Shown here: positions 1-11,699 of the stretch, piece by piece
How the letters are laid out: each line of letters begins with the position of its first letter
How positions within the stretch are numbered: the stretch's first letter is position 1
Assembly: GCF_006345805.1 (NCBI RefSeq)
Contig: NW_021835912.1
Coordinates: 1-37,656 of the forward strand
DNA length: 37,656 bases
From: Octopus sinensis
Taxonomy: Eukaryota
Direction: 5' to 3'
Translations under genes and position numbers: made by a program
Notes under the pieces: model-generated
Seen by the model: the letters and a program-made list of their open reading frames with translations, nothing else
Database searches by the model: none
Told to the model about the DNA's origin: nothing

Positions 1-39
1 GTAGAGCTAAAACAAACATACACACATACACAACAGACT

Positions 40-172
40 TCCACACAGTTTCCACCTACCAAATTCACTCACAAGGCATTGGTTAGCTCAGGTCTATAGT
101 AGAAAATACTGACCCAAGATATCACACAGTGGAAATGTAACCAAAACCACATCGTTGCAAAAATGCTTGCAC
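40..172 (-). mobile_element. Degraded 5' half of the tRNA-derived SINE family also seen at 17347 and 19297
   Basis: The reverse complement matches the head of the other copies (ctaccaaattcactcacaaggc, ctatagtagaa). Confidence 0.7.
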
Positions 173-524
173 TTATAAAATAAAGGTTCTGGTGAGATCA
201 ATATATGTAAAATAAGTGTATTTTCACTTTTTAGCTTTTTTAGTTAACCCCAAACATTTGCATCATGTTTTTTCTTAGTTTTTTCCCTCTTCTATTACTG
301 ATTTCTCTATATTCTCATTTTCTAATTTGAAGATTCTTATTTTCTCTACCCTTGTGGTTTTTGTCAATTCAAATTGGTGGTGGTGATGTATGTAGAGGGT
401 GGTGAAGAAGTATAAGAGTGAGTAAGCTGAACAATGTGGCATTAATATTTCTATCAAAACATTTCACTTTTAAATGTTTCAAATATAGGTAAAATTCTCT
501 TGAATTTTCTTTGTATTTTGGTAG

Positions 525-672
525 CAAGTAGCTGAACAACAAGTACGCAACCAAGAAGTTGGCATGATGACAGAATTAGTCAGAGATTTTTTAGATCCTG
601 CTGATTTTTACAAAGCATTGCATAATATAGGTATAGAATACTTCTGTGGTGTTCCTGATTCTTTGTTAAAAG
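525..672 (+). CDS. ppd (aepY-like): Phosphonopyruvate decarboxylase-like gene, first visible coding exon (QVAEQQVRNQEVGMMTELVRDFLDPADFYKALHNIGIEYFCGVPDSLLK+G)
   Basis: Pyrimidine tract and AG at 523-524, open frame for 49 codons plus 1 nt, GTAAGT donor at 673. The FCGVPDSLLK motif marks the N-terminal PYR domain of Ppd-family ThDP enzymes. An ATG at 564 is an alternative start. Confidence 0.9.
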
Positions 673-1038
673 GTAAGTATGGAATTATGCTTAAATATTA
701 ATGTCGTCCAAAATAAATATTTACTTTGTATGTAGCTGTTTGTTTATGTGTAGTAAATTCTGTTGACATAACATTTTATAGACAACATCTTGGAACTTGG
801 ATTACCAAGTATTACTAAATGCATCAATACTTATACAGAGGTCTTGTGTCATCTTGTGAACAAAGCTTAAGATTATGGACAATGTATTTTGCCATTATAA
901 TATGGCTGTTCTATAAAGAACTATATTACTACATTTTAACACCAGAAAAATGTCTTTTCAAGCTGGTTAACGACACACAAACTGTGTCCGATATATTGTA
1001 AGTAAGGGAGCAAACCACTCCCCTCCAGTTTGGCAAGA

Positions 1039-1083
1039 CCAGTAGACCATGGTTTCTGGATCTTTACCCTTCATTGGTACTGG
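1039..1083 (-). ncRNA. Hammerhead family A copy with mutated core (CCAAUGA), probably inactive
   Basis: The - strand reads CCAGUA CCAAUGA AGGGUAAAGAUCCA GAAA CCAUGG UC UACUGG. Confidence 0.7.
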
Positions 1084-1504
1084 ATACCAGCCTGCTAGAG
1101 ATAGCTGTCATTCACCCCTACTCACAATATATAAACAGAGATGCGATAGACAGCCACTGATGTTGTAAAGAGAAAAAATAACTAGTTTTAAACATCTCTA
1201 AATGAGATATAAGTAGTAACAATACTACATGGTAACATTTTGTTTTGCCACTATAACCTGGCTGTTCTATAAAGAACTATGTTACTACATTTTAACCCAG
1301 GAAAATGTCTTTTCCAGCAAGTTAACAATACACACACTGTGTCCTATATATTGTAAGGGAGTGAACTACTCCTCTCCAGCTTGGCAAGACTAGTAAACCA
1401 TGGTTTCTGAGTCTTTAACCTATGAGATCAGCAACTGTCTGCTGCTTCTATGTTTATATATTGTGTGTAGGGGTGAGTGACTGCTATCTCTAGCAGGTAG
1501 GTGT

Positions 1505-1549
1505 CCAGTACTGATGAAGGATAAAGACCCAGAAACCATGGTCTACTGG
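1505..1549 (+). ncRNA. Minimal type I hammerhead ribozyme (family A, GUC triplet)
   Basis: Stem I CCAGUA/UACUGG; CUGAUGA at 1511-1517; stem II GG(A)U-AAAG-A(C)CC; GAAA at 1532-1535; palindromic ACCAUGGU; predicted cut after 1543. The closing pair of stem II is a non-canonical A-A. Confidence 0.8.
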
Positions 1550-1866
1550 TCTTGCCCAGCTGGTGGGGAGTGGTTTGCACCCTTACCCACAATATATCGG
1601 ATACAGATTGTATGTCGTTAACCAGCTGGAAAAGACATTTTCCTGGGGTTAAAATGTAGTAACATAGTTCTTTATGGAACAGCCATGATATAGTGGCAAA
1701 AAAATTGTCGGTCTAGTATTGTTAATACTGATATCTCGTTTGGAGATTTCAGAACTAGCTATTAGGATTAATATATTCCTGGAATTCTTGGATTCCAGTA
1801 ATATGATGACATTTTAAGGAATAATCTACTGTCACATTTTTATTGCAAAAGAGTCATATTCCAGTT

Positions 1867-2024
1867 TCTTAAAGTTATTTAGTTTAATATGAAAAGATTC
1901 TTATTTGAACAAAGCAATGATATTTAATGCAAGTATCGAAAAAGTATGGATATGTTTACGCTACTGAGCTTTAAGAACTGCAAAAATTTATATTATCATA
2001 CACAGTATTGTGACTGACATAACT
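1867..2024. repeat. ~158-bp dispersed direct repeat, copy 1 (copy 2 at 6018-6176)
   Basis: tcttaaagttatttagtttaa...gaaaagattcttatttgaa...aaaatttatattatca...ataact is shared by both copies with scattered substitutions. Confidence 0.85.
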
Positions 2025-2240
2025 TCATTGATTGAGACTTTTCAATAACAAGTCAGATGTCAAAGAGGAATAAACTTATTTATACATTAGAAAAATGTGA
2101 GACATTCAGAGAAATGCTGGGTGTGTGATGAGCAGCTATCTTGAATTATATTATTTCATCACTTTTTGGAGTTGAAAAATACCTGTTCAATAACTGTAGT
2201 CATTTTGTCTTTAGATCTGCCCTCTGGAAGACTTCATTAA

Positions 2241-4593
2241 CCCTTGGTAAAATATTGGGTCCAACAGACCCAATATTTTACTTCTAATTAAATTTTATTC
2301 AAACTACCACTATTTCTTACCCACATTATATATGCTATCAGGTAAATAAAGAATTAATATTTCTCACAAATTTTAATAAAAAAATACAGAATTACTGCTC
2401 TTTATGGCAGTGAATGCAGACAACATTGGAATGTTCTTGGCAAACATGGATATTACAATTCTTATAAGTAGTATGAGTTTTTCTGTCTTTTTGAGGGCCA
2501 CACAAAGAACATCTTCCTTTTTTCTTTGGCTGAGGAATCTCAAATGAGATTGAAGATCATCTTCTTTTCTTGTTTGGTTGAGAAATGTTAGCGGAACTAG
2601 ATGTTCTTGTTTAGCATTAACTCCAGAAAATTCCTTTCCTAACTGAATTAGGCACTGTCTTCTTTTATCCTTGAAACTTTGCAAGTGAAGCTGTTTAGCA
2701 ACAATGAAAGCATTTACTGCACTTATGTCAATCATGTTGTAGAATATAACCATAGGCCATCTTCGAGTCATTCTTTTGCAAGTGCATGTCCTTACCATCT
2801 TATCTTGAGTATCTACTCCTTTTGTTTTGTTGTAACATGTAATAACTTCAGGTTTCTTTTCAGCACTTTTTGAATCAATTGAAGGCTGACTACGTAATTT
2901 TTCTTGGGACAATAAGATAGGATCATAAAATCCTTTTGAAATCCAAATATTGTGCTGTTGATTTCTCTTTCTTTTCCATTTGTGAAAGCACTTGGAAGTT
3001 CAACTCTGTTCTTTCTAATTGTTCCAACTAAAGTAGTTTTCTTGCTAAGTAGCCTTCGAGCCAATCCTACAATTGTAAAAAAATTATCACAAGTTATATT
3101 GCGACCAGCATTTTCAAGTTCTTTTACTAGGTCTTCAACAACTCTTGAACCTTGATTTGTCTCTCTCCATTTTACTGGGTTTTTTCCAGTATAGATTTGC
3201 ATTTTTCAGGCATAAGATGTTTCACTGTCGCATATTGCCCAAATTTTAATTCCATATTTCCCTGGTTTTGAAGGAATATATACCCGAAATGGGCAGCACA
3301 CTCTGAATGAAACTAATTGTTCATCAGCTGTCATGTATGAACTTGGAACATATCTATCTTGCAAATTCTGATTCCACATTTCCACAAATACTTCTCATAT
3401 GGCTCCAGTTTATCATCACTTCTCTTTTTCTTTTTCCACTAGCATCATCAAAATGCAATACTTGTAAAATCTGTTGAAATCTTCCCCGGCTCATAATTTT
3501 GTTGAATATTAGGCGGCCATCTTCTTGACTTCATAACTGTGTGACATTTTCATGTTTAGATTTATAAACACTTCTAAGAATAATCAGTCTAATAAATTTA
3601 TTTACTTCAGAGTGATTAATTTCCTTCCATTTATCTTTGTAAACAACCTGACCTTCAAGAATTACTTCAAGAAGATTCTGGCGCATAAAGATAGTAAAAC
3701 ATATTTCAATGCTATCACAAGACCTTTTAGCAAAACAAGATGGTCCACTTTCTTGGTACACAATATTGCAAGATGAAGTTCTTACTGTTGCTTGAATAAG
3801 AGGATTAGAATGCTAAACTTCTTGTCTGTCTCTAGAAACATATTGCTCATTCATAATGTGGTGGCTTGCAGATAATTGTTATCGAGTATCTTCATCATCT
3901 GATGACACAGAACCTAAACTGTCCAGCATACAATCACTTTCACCATCATCTTCAGAGCAATAGAAGGAATCACTACTATGTTCTTCCCATTCTTCATCTA
4001 ATTCCAATAACCTTTTTGATATTTGGTCTTCACTCAAGTTTTCATATCTAGGCATAATGGAAAGCCCAACTGAACTATATGAAACTTGATAGCAGACTAA
4101 AGGCAGATATTGCTCTCTCACATATATTGATACGATATGTTGTAAGAATTGTGTCATCACATAGAAATATTACATCACCCTATAACCTAGCAGATTGAAG
4201 GTGATGCAATAACACACAAATTTGCAGCAATATTTTCATAATTTTTCTTATTTTATCTAAAATTCAGCAAATGAATTGAATACAATTTTATCTATTTTAT
4301 ATTTGATAAATATCTAAGAAAATGATATTTGGTGCTGATTTTATTCTGTTTAGAATTACAAGAGTATTGTCTGAATTTAATTCAAGGGTCCAATGGACCC
4401 AAACGGTAATTAATGTATAAAGTGAAATTTTATAGCTTTTATAAACATATGGAAAATTTCCCATTTGACAAATAAGAGATAGTCAAGAAAAAATAAGTCA
4501 CGAGAAATCAACAAAATCAAATAATATAAACAGTAGGTAAAAGCAACCGTAAAAGCTGAAATGGGACCATTGGATCCATTGGTAGACAGAAGG
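2241..4593 (-). mobile_element. Full-length but decayed piggyBac DNA transposon
   Basis: TTAA at 2237-2240 and 4594-4597. Imperfect 32-bp TIRs (20/32 identical) both begin CC. Internal GGGTCCnnnnGACCC-type sites at 2257-2271 and 4386-4400. Confidence 0.88.
2373..4055 (-). pseudogene. piggyBac (PGBD4-like) transposase pseudogene
   Basis: Acidic N-terminus from the ATG at 4055; TADEQL, NITCDNFF and YNKTKGVD (DDD triad); RRWPMVIFYNMIDISAVNA; Cys-rich C-terminus in a shifted frame. In-frame TGA at 3206-3208 plus frameshifts. Confidence 0.9.
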
Positions 4594-5477
4594 TTAATGG
4601 ATCTGAATGTTGGTTGGTGATGATCTCACAGAGTGTGTTTGCCTTATATTTTTAGACACCACACACTGTTTAAATGATTTTCTTTTTGGAGATTATAATT
4701 TGATTTAGTATTTTCTGTCAAAGAATATATTTTCTTTTCTTATTAATTCTTAATACTTATTACTCATTACCATAAAGAAATCTAGTACGGTAGTCAGCAA
4801 CACCTTTTTCACTTGTCTATATCTTATTTGTCTGGATAATGCTGATCATGCTTTTCCTCAAAAGCAGTTGAGATCTTCTAAATTTTTGTTTTTGTTGTTT
4901 TGAAGTATGCTTCTGCATCTTTCTCTTTATAAACACTCCTAAAGAATTTATATCCCTGTAGTACACTTGAGAGCTTGCAGTTCTTCCATAGTCTCAACTA
5001 ATGCTACAATATCATGAAGCAATGTCCAGTGACCATGTTCTTGATTCTTGATCTCTGTATTTTTTACCCTGTGGGACTTGTCTTAGAATCAAGTCATCTA
5101 TGAATGCAAAGAGAAGTGGAAACAGTGCATGCACGCACACACACACACACACATGTCACTAACTCAGATTATACTTGGTTTCAGTTACATGTACTATGTA
5201 AAAGTTTGAATATAATTAATGCAGTAGCTATTTTAGATGGAATAGTGAATAACTATTGGGTGTTTCACACGAAGGGTCTGTTGATTCCAGAGAATGCTGT
5301 TGTAATGTCAGTGAACTGATTGTTTAAAGGGTTCAGAACTCATTACATTTACTGATGATGTATAACATGGAAAATATCAAATTAACACAATACCTGGATT
5401 AACATTTTTTTCCAGATTTAAATAAATTGGGTTTGAAACTGACCAAACAGTAATATTTTAAATTAAGCTTTAAATCT

Positions 5478-5923
5478 AACTTAACATGGATGTCTTGTTA
5501 GAACACCAAATACTATATTATTAGTCTTGAGAGATCTTGCCATATAGGCACTTGGTGCATAAAAGCACACATATATATATATATACCATAGCAGACGAGA
5601 ATCATCTCATGGTTGGTGGAACTCCCATATCATGTGATTTCAATCTACTGGAGGTATCTGGTCACCGCATGCCAGTCAAATCTCACTGCTACAATATACA
5701 GAATATCAGCAAATAGCCAGCAGGCTTATTAAAAATTAATTATTAGTGATGATTTCCAGTAGAATGAAAGCGTGCGATATAGAAGTTCCAGCACCCTTGA
5801 CAGATTATTCTCATTTGCTACAATCTATGAGTGTGCTTTTATGCACCAAACACCTATATGAGAGAACCTCTCAAGGTTAATAATGCAGTATTCAGTGTTC
5901 TAACAAGACATTCATGCTAAGTT
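5478..5923. repeat. Foldback/MITE-like element with ~175-bp diverged inverted arms (5478-5652 and 5755-5923)
   Basis: gtcttgttagaacac...ggtgcataaaagcacac...tctactgga on the left pairs with its reverse complement on the right. Roughly 75-85% identity by eye. Confidence 0.85.
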
Positions 5924-6017
5924 GAATATAGAAATTACCTTTTGGTATTAATGCTGCTTCTGTCACTAATGATTAATATTTAAAAAGTCTAAATTAACTT
6001 AAACACTGAACATGAAC

Positions 6018-6176
6018 TCTTAAAGTTATTTAGTTTAACATGAAAAGATTCTTATTTGAATAAGACAATGTAATTTAATGTGAGTATTGAAAAACTACTG
6101 ATATTGTTTATGCTACCAAGCTTTGAGAGTTGTAAAAATTTATATTATCAGACACTATATTGTGACCAATATAACT
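6018..6176. repeat. ~158-bp dispersed direct repeat, copy 2
   Basis: Aligns colinearly with 1867-2024. Confidence 0.85.
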
Positions 6177-6387
6177 ACTAGCAACATTTAATTTCACCAT
6201 TCCACTACAAAACCATCGGCACACATATATTTCACACATATAGTAAGCCAACACATATATTTCGCACATATATCCGATGACTGCAACATACACTAGCTCA
6301 TTATTATGGCAATTGACATAATCTCTCTTTCTCTCTCACACACACATACCTACACACATATTTTTATATGTTATTTTATTCTTTTAG

Positions 6388-6518
6388 ACTTTTGTGCATA
6401 TATTGCTGAAACATCACCAAAGGATAGACATATCATTACAGCCAATGAGGGCAGTGCAGTAGCTTTAGCAGCAGGCTACCATCTTGCAACTGGAAAATCA
6501 AGTTTGGTTTACCTCCAG
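6388..6518 (+). CDS. ppd (aepY-like): Phosphonopyruvate decarboxylase-like gene, second exon (DFCAYIAETSPKDRHIITANEGSAVALAAGYHLATGKSSLVYLQ)
   Basis: TTTTAG acceptor ends at 6387 and GTAAGA donor starts at 6519. The phase-1 junction G+AC gives Asp. The ANEGxAVALAAG motif carries the conserved PYR-domain Glu. Confidence 0.95.
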
Positions 6519-9129
6519 GTAAGATAACCTATTAGCATTATTATGAGCTATGAAAACGTAAATAGATGAAGTGGGGTTTTACATTAGGTATATCAATACA
6601 ATTGCTGAGGACAAAATTAACATTGTAACTAGAAGATATAGTCTAATTTATATTCACAAACCAGACACTTGCTACCACTCTGTAACTGCCCAACTAAACT
6701 TCTCTCTTTTTTTTCTTTTTTTCCTGGTGTAGTCTTTCAGGGCAAAAGCATCAGGCTGCAACGTTTTTCAGCTGTTGGGATTGATAAATCACCACTATAA
6801 AGGATTAGACATCAACAATGTTTATACTGAGCACATGTAGGCATTTTAATTGGCTCTATAAGTGATCTAAGTTGCAGGTCACCAATGAAAAATCATTAAT
6901 ATCTGGTTATTAGTAGGATGTAAGGACCATAAAGAAATCATTGTTGCATAGTTCAACAATTTATTCATTTGCCACAAAGATTATCCAACATAATGGCCTG
7001 ATAGTTTGCAGTAGCAAAAGATGAAATGTTTTTTTAAATGTATGTAAATGTGACGGGCAAATACATTAGTTTATTAGTTGACCTTGCTGTAATCATAATG
7101 AAAATGGTGAAGATGTCAGTGTAGGTAAGCCTTATTTTTTTTGGAGTTGAAGAAAAGTATTTAGCACTAGTTTGATGGATCCTATAATGCTATCCGATGA
7201 CTGCAACATACACTAGATGGCATATTTCTATCTGAGAAAGAGGTGAAGTTTGAGCAATCACTTATATGATATTGTTTGTAGATGAGAGTATTTGATGGGC
7301 ATTAAAAGAAATTAATCTAGAGAAGAAGCTATTTGAGAGACATATAACAAGACCTCGGCTGACCTTTCCAGCTGCAACCAAGATGATCTCAGTCTGGTGC
7401 TAAAAGTCATGAGTTTATATAATCTCAAAAAAAGGTTCTTTTTGTATTTTCACATGGTAATGAAAATGGTTCTTTTGATGTCTGCTGACATTTGTCATAT
7501 CGACTAGCTATCATAAAAATTACCAGATATGGTAATATTAATGAAATGTAATTCCAAATTCAGACAGAAGTGCTGTAAGATCAAATCTTGGAAGTGGTCT
7601 ACTACAATGTAATGAGATATGTGGGTTCTAAACAATAAAAATTTGGATTAGGTTACATAAAGTGTGAAGGTCTTGAAATACTGGGATTGTAAAATTCTTC
7701 ATTTATAGCCTACAATAGCTTCGTTTGATTTCCAATACATAGTAGTCATGGGAGTGAGAGTCAACAAAATTATTTACATGTCTGCCATCACATAATTTTG
7801 TCACTTTTTGTAAGAAAATGATGTGTAACATTGATCACATATGAAATTGCTTGTTAATCCATATTTTGTCAATAAGGTAGTCATTACATTTTCTAACTGT
7901 CTCCATGATAATCATATCTTCATATCCAACAGTAAAAGGATTTCTTTCATATTTTGAAAATTATTTTGATAAGAAAGTTGCAGGTCTTCCAGCTTGAGGC
8001 AGCATGAAACCTAGAGCAAATTCTGATTATATTTCCAGATTTTTGTAGTTATTTTTAGCAACTGTTTGTTCATAGCAGTAGCACTGTTTGGTGTTTCCTG
8101 TTGTTTACTAAGTAAAATTTACTTCTGTAACTATCTTGTAAGTATTTCAGCATTTTTGGATGCTCTTGCATAATTGATAGTTTATGTAACAGCTCAATTA
8201 AGTGAGAGATTATTTGATTGTCTAGAGCTTATAGAAATGAGTTTACAAATGAATATATTATAAAATACCCAAGCAACTTATTCTTCAACTTCAAAAGCAC
8301 AGTCTCATGGAAATGTCAGACAATTGTCGTGTACTGACTTATAAATTCATTTTGATCCTAGTGACAAGTAGATATCTAACAATTTATATATTACAAATCT
8401 TTACAAAAATAGAACCAAATAGGTCAGGGACTCATTATAGTCTATATATTGTGCAATGAAATTAAAAACTTACACTACAGAGTAATTTGATTTATCAAAA
8501 TTTGTACTTTGTTAGCATCTCTAATAATTATTAGGGAGTGTAGAAGAAGAATTATTGAATACAGTCTACCACTACTACCATCTGTTATTATTGAAAAATT
8601 TCCATCAAATTGTCTGGTTTCACAATGGTTTTTTTATTGACTATTATTCAGTTGAATAAATTTTTGTAAGAGATATACTCAACTAAATAACAAATTCTGG
8701 AACATCAAAATGGTAGTCATTTTAAATGGTACTGATCAAGTAACTGTCTTGTTGAGTTAATTGATTTAGTAAGTAAATTATAAGATTTAGGACTGGTAGA
8801 TAATTCCATAATAGTTTTCTTTTCTGTTTGTATGTGATATAGTTACCTTGTTGAATTGTTTGTTCAGATCACAGTAAAGATGAACCTCTGAAGATGTCAT
8901 AATTTATGATGGAATATAAAACACTTCAAGAAGCAAGCCAACCACCTCATCACTTACCAGTCTGGTAAACCCACAAGTCAGAGAGATTACATTCTAACTA
9001 GGAAAATGGACAGAGGAGTGATTGTAAATGCCAAAACCTTTTCTGACTAAGAATGCTTTATTCAACATTAGTAACAAGTGACTTCAAAGTCAGAACCAGG
9101 CAGACACAAAAATAAACTATGACATAGAG

Positions 9130-11212
9130 AAGGAAAATTTAGAAACTAAAAGATTCTGCAGTTTGGAACATATTTTGAGAAATTCTAATTATGCACATAA
9201 CTGTAGGGAGGAAGATTTAGATACCTGAGGATTTCTTAGAAATAACCTGTTTAGGGCTACACATCAGACATGGCTGGAGCAAAACCAAGACAAAAGAAAT
9301 ATGGTGGTGGAATGATACATCTGATAGCAGTAAAGACTAAAAGAAAGACTTCAAAAATCTGGAAGAAAGTGTGTTGTAGGGAGCATTACCAAATGGCCAG
9401 AAGGGCAGCTAGGTGGCAAGTATGCTTAGCTAAGGGTGAAACGATTTGCACATATCTTGCAGCATGAGGATCAGAGGCAAGATGTTCAGGATCAAGAGAC
9501 AGTGTGTAATAGAGAACCAAGCTCTCATTGGTGACAAATATATTCAGAATAATGAACATGCACTCACCATTGATATAGAAGACAAGAAAGTAGTGTGGAA
9601 GTTCTTTTATGAGAGGCTGTTGAATGTTGAGAATGTATAGGACAAATAGGGGCTACTTCATGCTGACACTATAGAAGGACTAGCAATTAAGGGCATAAAG
9701 AGAGAGGCAGCTGCAGGTCCATAAGGAATAGTTGCGGAGATGCTCAAAATATCTGGTGAGGTACAGTATAGTTAATCAAGTTATACAAGGAGTCATGCCC
9801 AATGACTAGCTTAGCAATAGCATAATAAACTGCTACAAAGATGAAAGAGATGCCTTAGAGAGATGTGTAATGTGAGTGTGAATGAAAGAATTAGTACAAA
9901 AGTGCTGAGAGAAGAACTGGGAAAAAGAGGAATCAGATTTAGTGTATAAGAAAGAAGACTGTGCTGATCTGGATATGTGATGAGGGCAGCCTTATAAAGA
10001 AGTGCTGATCACTTAATGTGGATGGAGTTTACAGAAGAGGGAGGCACAAGAAGACAATAGATGAAGTGGTAAGGGCTAACTTCAGGATCCTGACCCTCAA
10101 GAAGGAGATGACAAAAGACTGGGATGACTGGTGACATGAGGTTCTCAAGAAGACCCACTTACCTCATTGAAACTGAGTACTGAAAACACTGTGTGTGTGC
10201 ATGTATGTAGTTTTATAAATATACACAAATTAGCCATTTACTCAATCTCCCTCTGAAATCACCAACACTACCACTCATCCTCTCTCTCACTACAGCTATC
10301 CCTTCATACCAATTATTTTTCGTACTACACAGAAGCATTTCACATGTTATTCATTTTTCATCTTTTAATACTGTTCTTTCCATCCATACTTTACATTGAT
10401 CACATGCCTCCACTGAACCCACAAATTATCTTCCTCATTCCAACATATTTTCCTCACTCTTCATTCACTATGCCTGACTCTCTTTCTCTCTAACACTTCT
10501 ACAATCTTCCCAACCTCATGTTATCTCTCTCTCTCTCAGCCTTCTCTTATTTACTACTGTACTGTATCATCTGTAGCCCTTTACTTCTCCCAACAAATTC
10601 ATCATCAGTCATCCCCCTCCTCCCTTATCCATCATTCATAACATCTACCCTTCAATTTTACCCAATATTCATAGTTCTTGCCTTCCCCTCACCATTTTCT
10701 CAATTTCTCACTCTCCCATATACTCTTGCAAGTCAAACTCACCCATACGTCTAGTTCTTCTGTCCTCATTCATTTCTACCCTCCTTGTATCTTGAGGAGC
10801 ACCTGGACACCTCACCACCACTATTTTATCTCTTTCCAGCTCCACCAAACCACTCCCACCTTTGCTTCTTAAGTGCGAAAAGCCATGTAGCTCCTCTACT
10901 GCAAGAAACCTGCTATGTCATGTTCACTCATACTTAAACCACTCATCTAGCATAAAGCTGCCTTCCTCTTGAAATTTGTAGTGTTGTAAACTGCATAGCT
11001 ACCTTACTATACCATAGCTGGTGCCATGAAAAATACACCCAGTGCATGCTGTAAAGAGATTGGCATTAGGAAGAATATCTAACCATAAAAGTCATGCCAA
11101 AGTAGACACTAGAGCACAGTGCAGTCATTGGATCTATTGGATTCTGTCAAACCATTCAACTCATGCCAGCGTGGAGCATGGACATTAGATGACAACAACA
11201 ATGATTATGACG
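9130..11212 (+). mobile_element. Degraded, internally deleted RTE-clade LINE with 3' UTR
   Basis: Relict peptides such as DIEDKKVVWKFFYERLLNVEN and VLREELGKRGIR...ERRL. Pyrimidine-rich UTR. The 3' segment resembles the RTE tail at 28640-28995 and ends in GAT/GAC-type repeats. Confidence 0.7.
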
Positions 11213-11699
11213 AGAATGTGTGAAGAAGAATTCTCACTTGTTTCACAGACAATTTATCGGCTACTTAGTGTGACCAGGATAGCCTGTTCTACTAAGAGGA
11301 AGAGAGAAACAGGACCATTGACAGGACTCAAACCATGTATCTATTGTTTGTCAGGTACTTTAATGATAAGATAAATATTTCCTTTTCTGAAATTAGCTAT
11401 TGTATAAGGCTTTGGATGTTGTACTACTGTCCAATGTAGCAAGATGTTCCATTTTGGTTGTTTCTTTGCAATGAGAAAAAAAATTCTCTATTTTCATTAA
11501 TTTGTAACTAATTCATATTTATGGTGTTAATATTTTCTGATTTTCTTGAAATATTGAAATTTTTATTTAGTAACATATTTTTACAAGAAGAAAAGAAAGA
11601 AAAAAATCTAAGTATAAAAGGTCATATCATCAAGAAAAAAATCCCAGTATTATTTCAAGAAAGAAACAAACAAAAAATAAAAAAAGGTAATTAAGCAAC

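Larger units (their letters stand above)
870..1770. repeat. Array of a ~351-nt hammerhead-bearing monomer: ~1.5 tandem copies on - (about 1420 to 870) joined head-to-head to one copy on + (about 1426-1770); retrozyme/Penelope pLTR-like
   Basis: tggcaagac occurs at 1031 and 1382 (period 351). 1426-1700 is the reverse complement of ~892-1163, and 1700-1770 of ~1180-1250. Confidence 0.85.

Noticed and set aside
5352-5380. CTGATGA...GAAA resembling a hammerhead
   Set aside because: No valid stem I or stem III and no NUH in register.
7500-8200. Minus-strand FICDQC-like and RHVN-like peptides hinting at a Polinton/Maverick relic
   Set aside because: Motif order and frames are inconsistent, and it is too decayed to call without a profile search.
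8888-8915. CTGAAGA, a 7-bp hairpin, then GAAT
   Set aside because: GAAA is mutated and there is no stem I/III partner. At best an unrecognisable relic.
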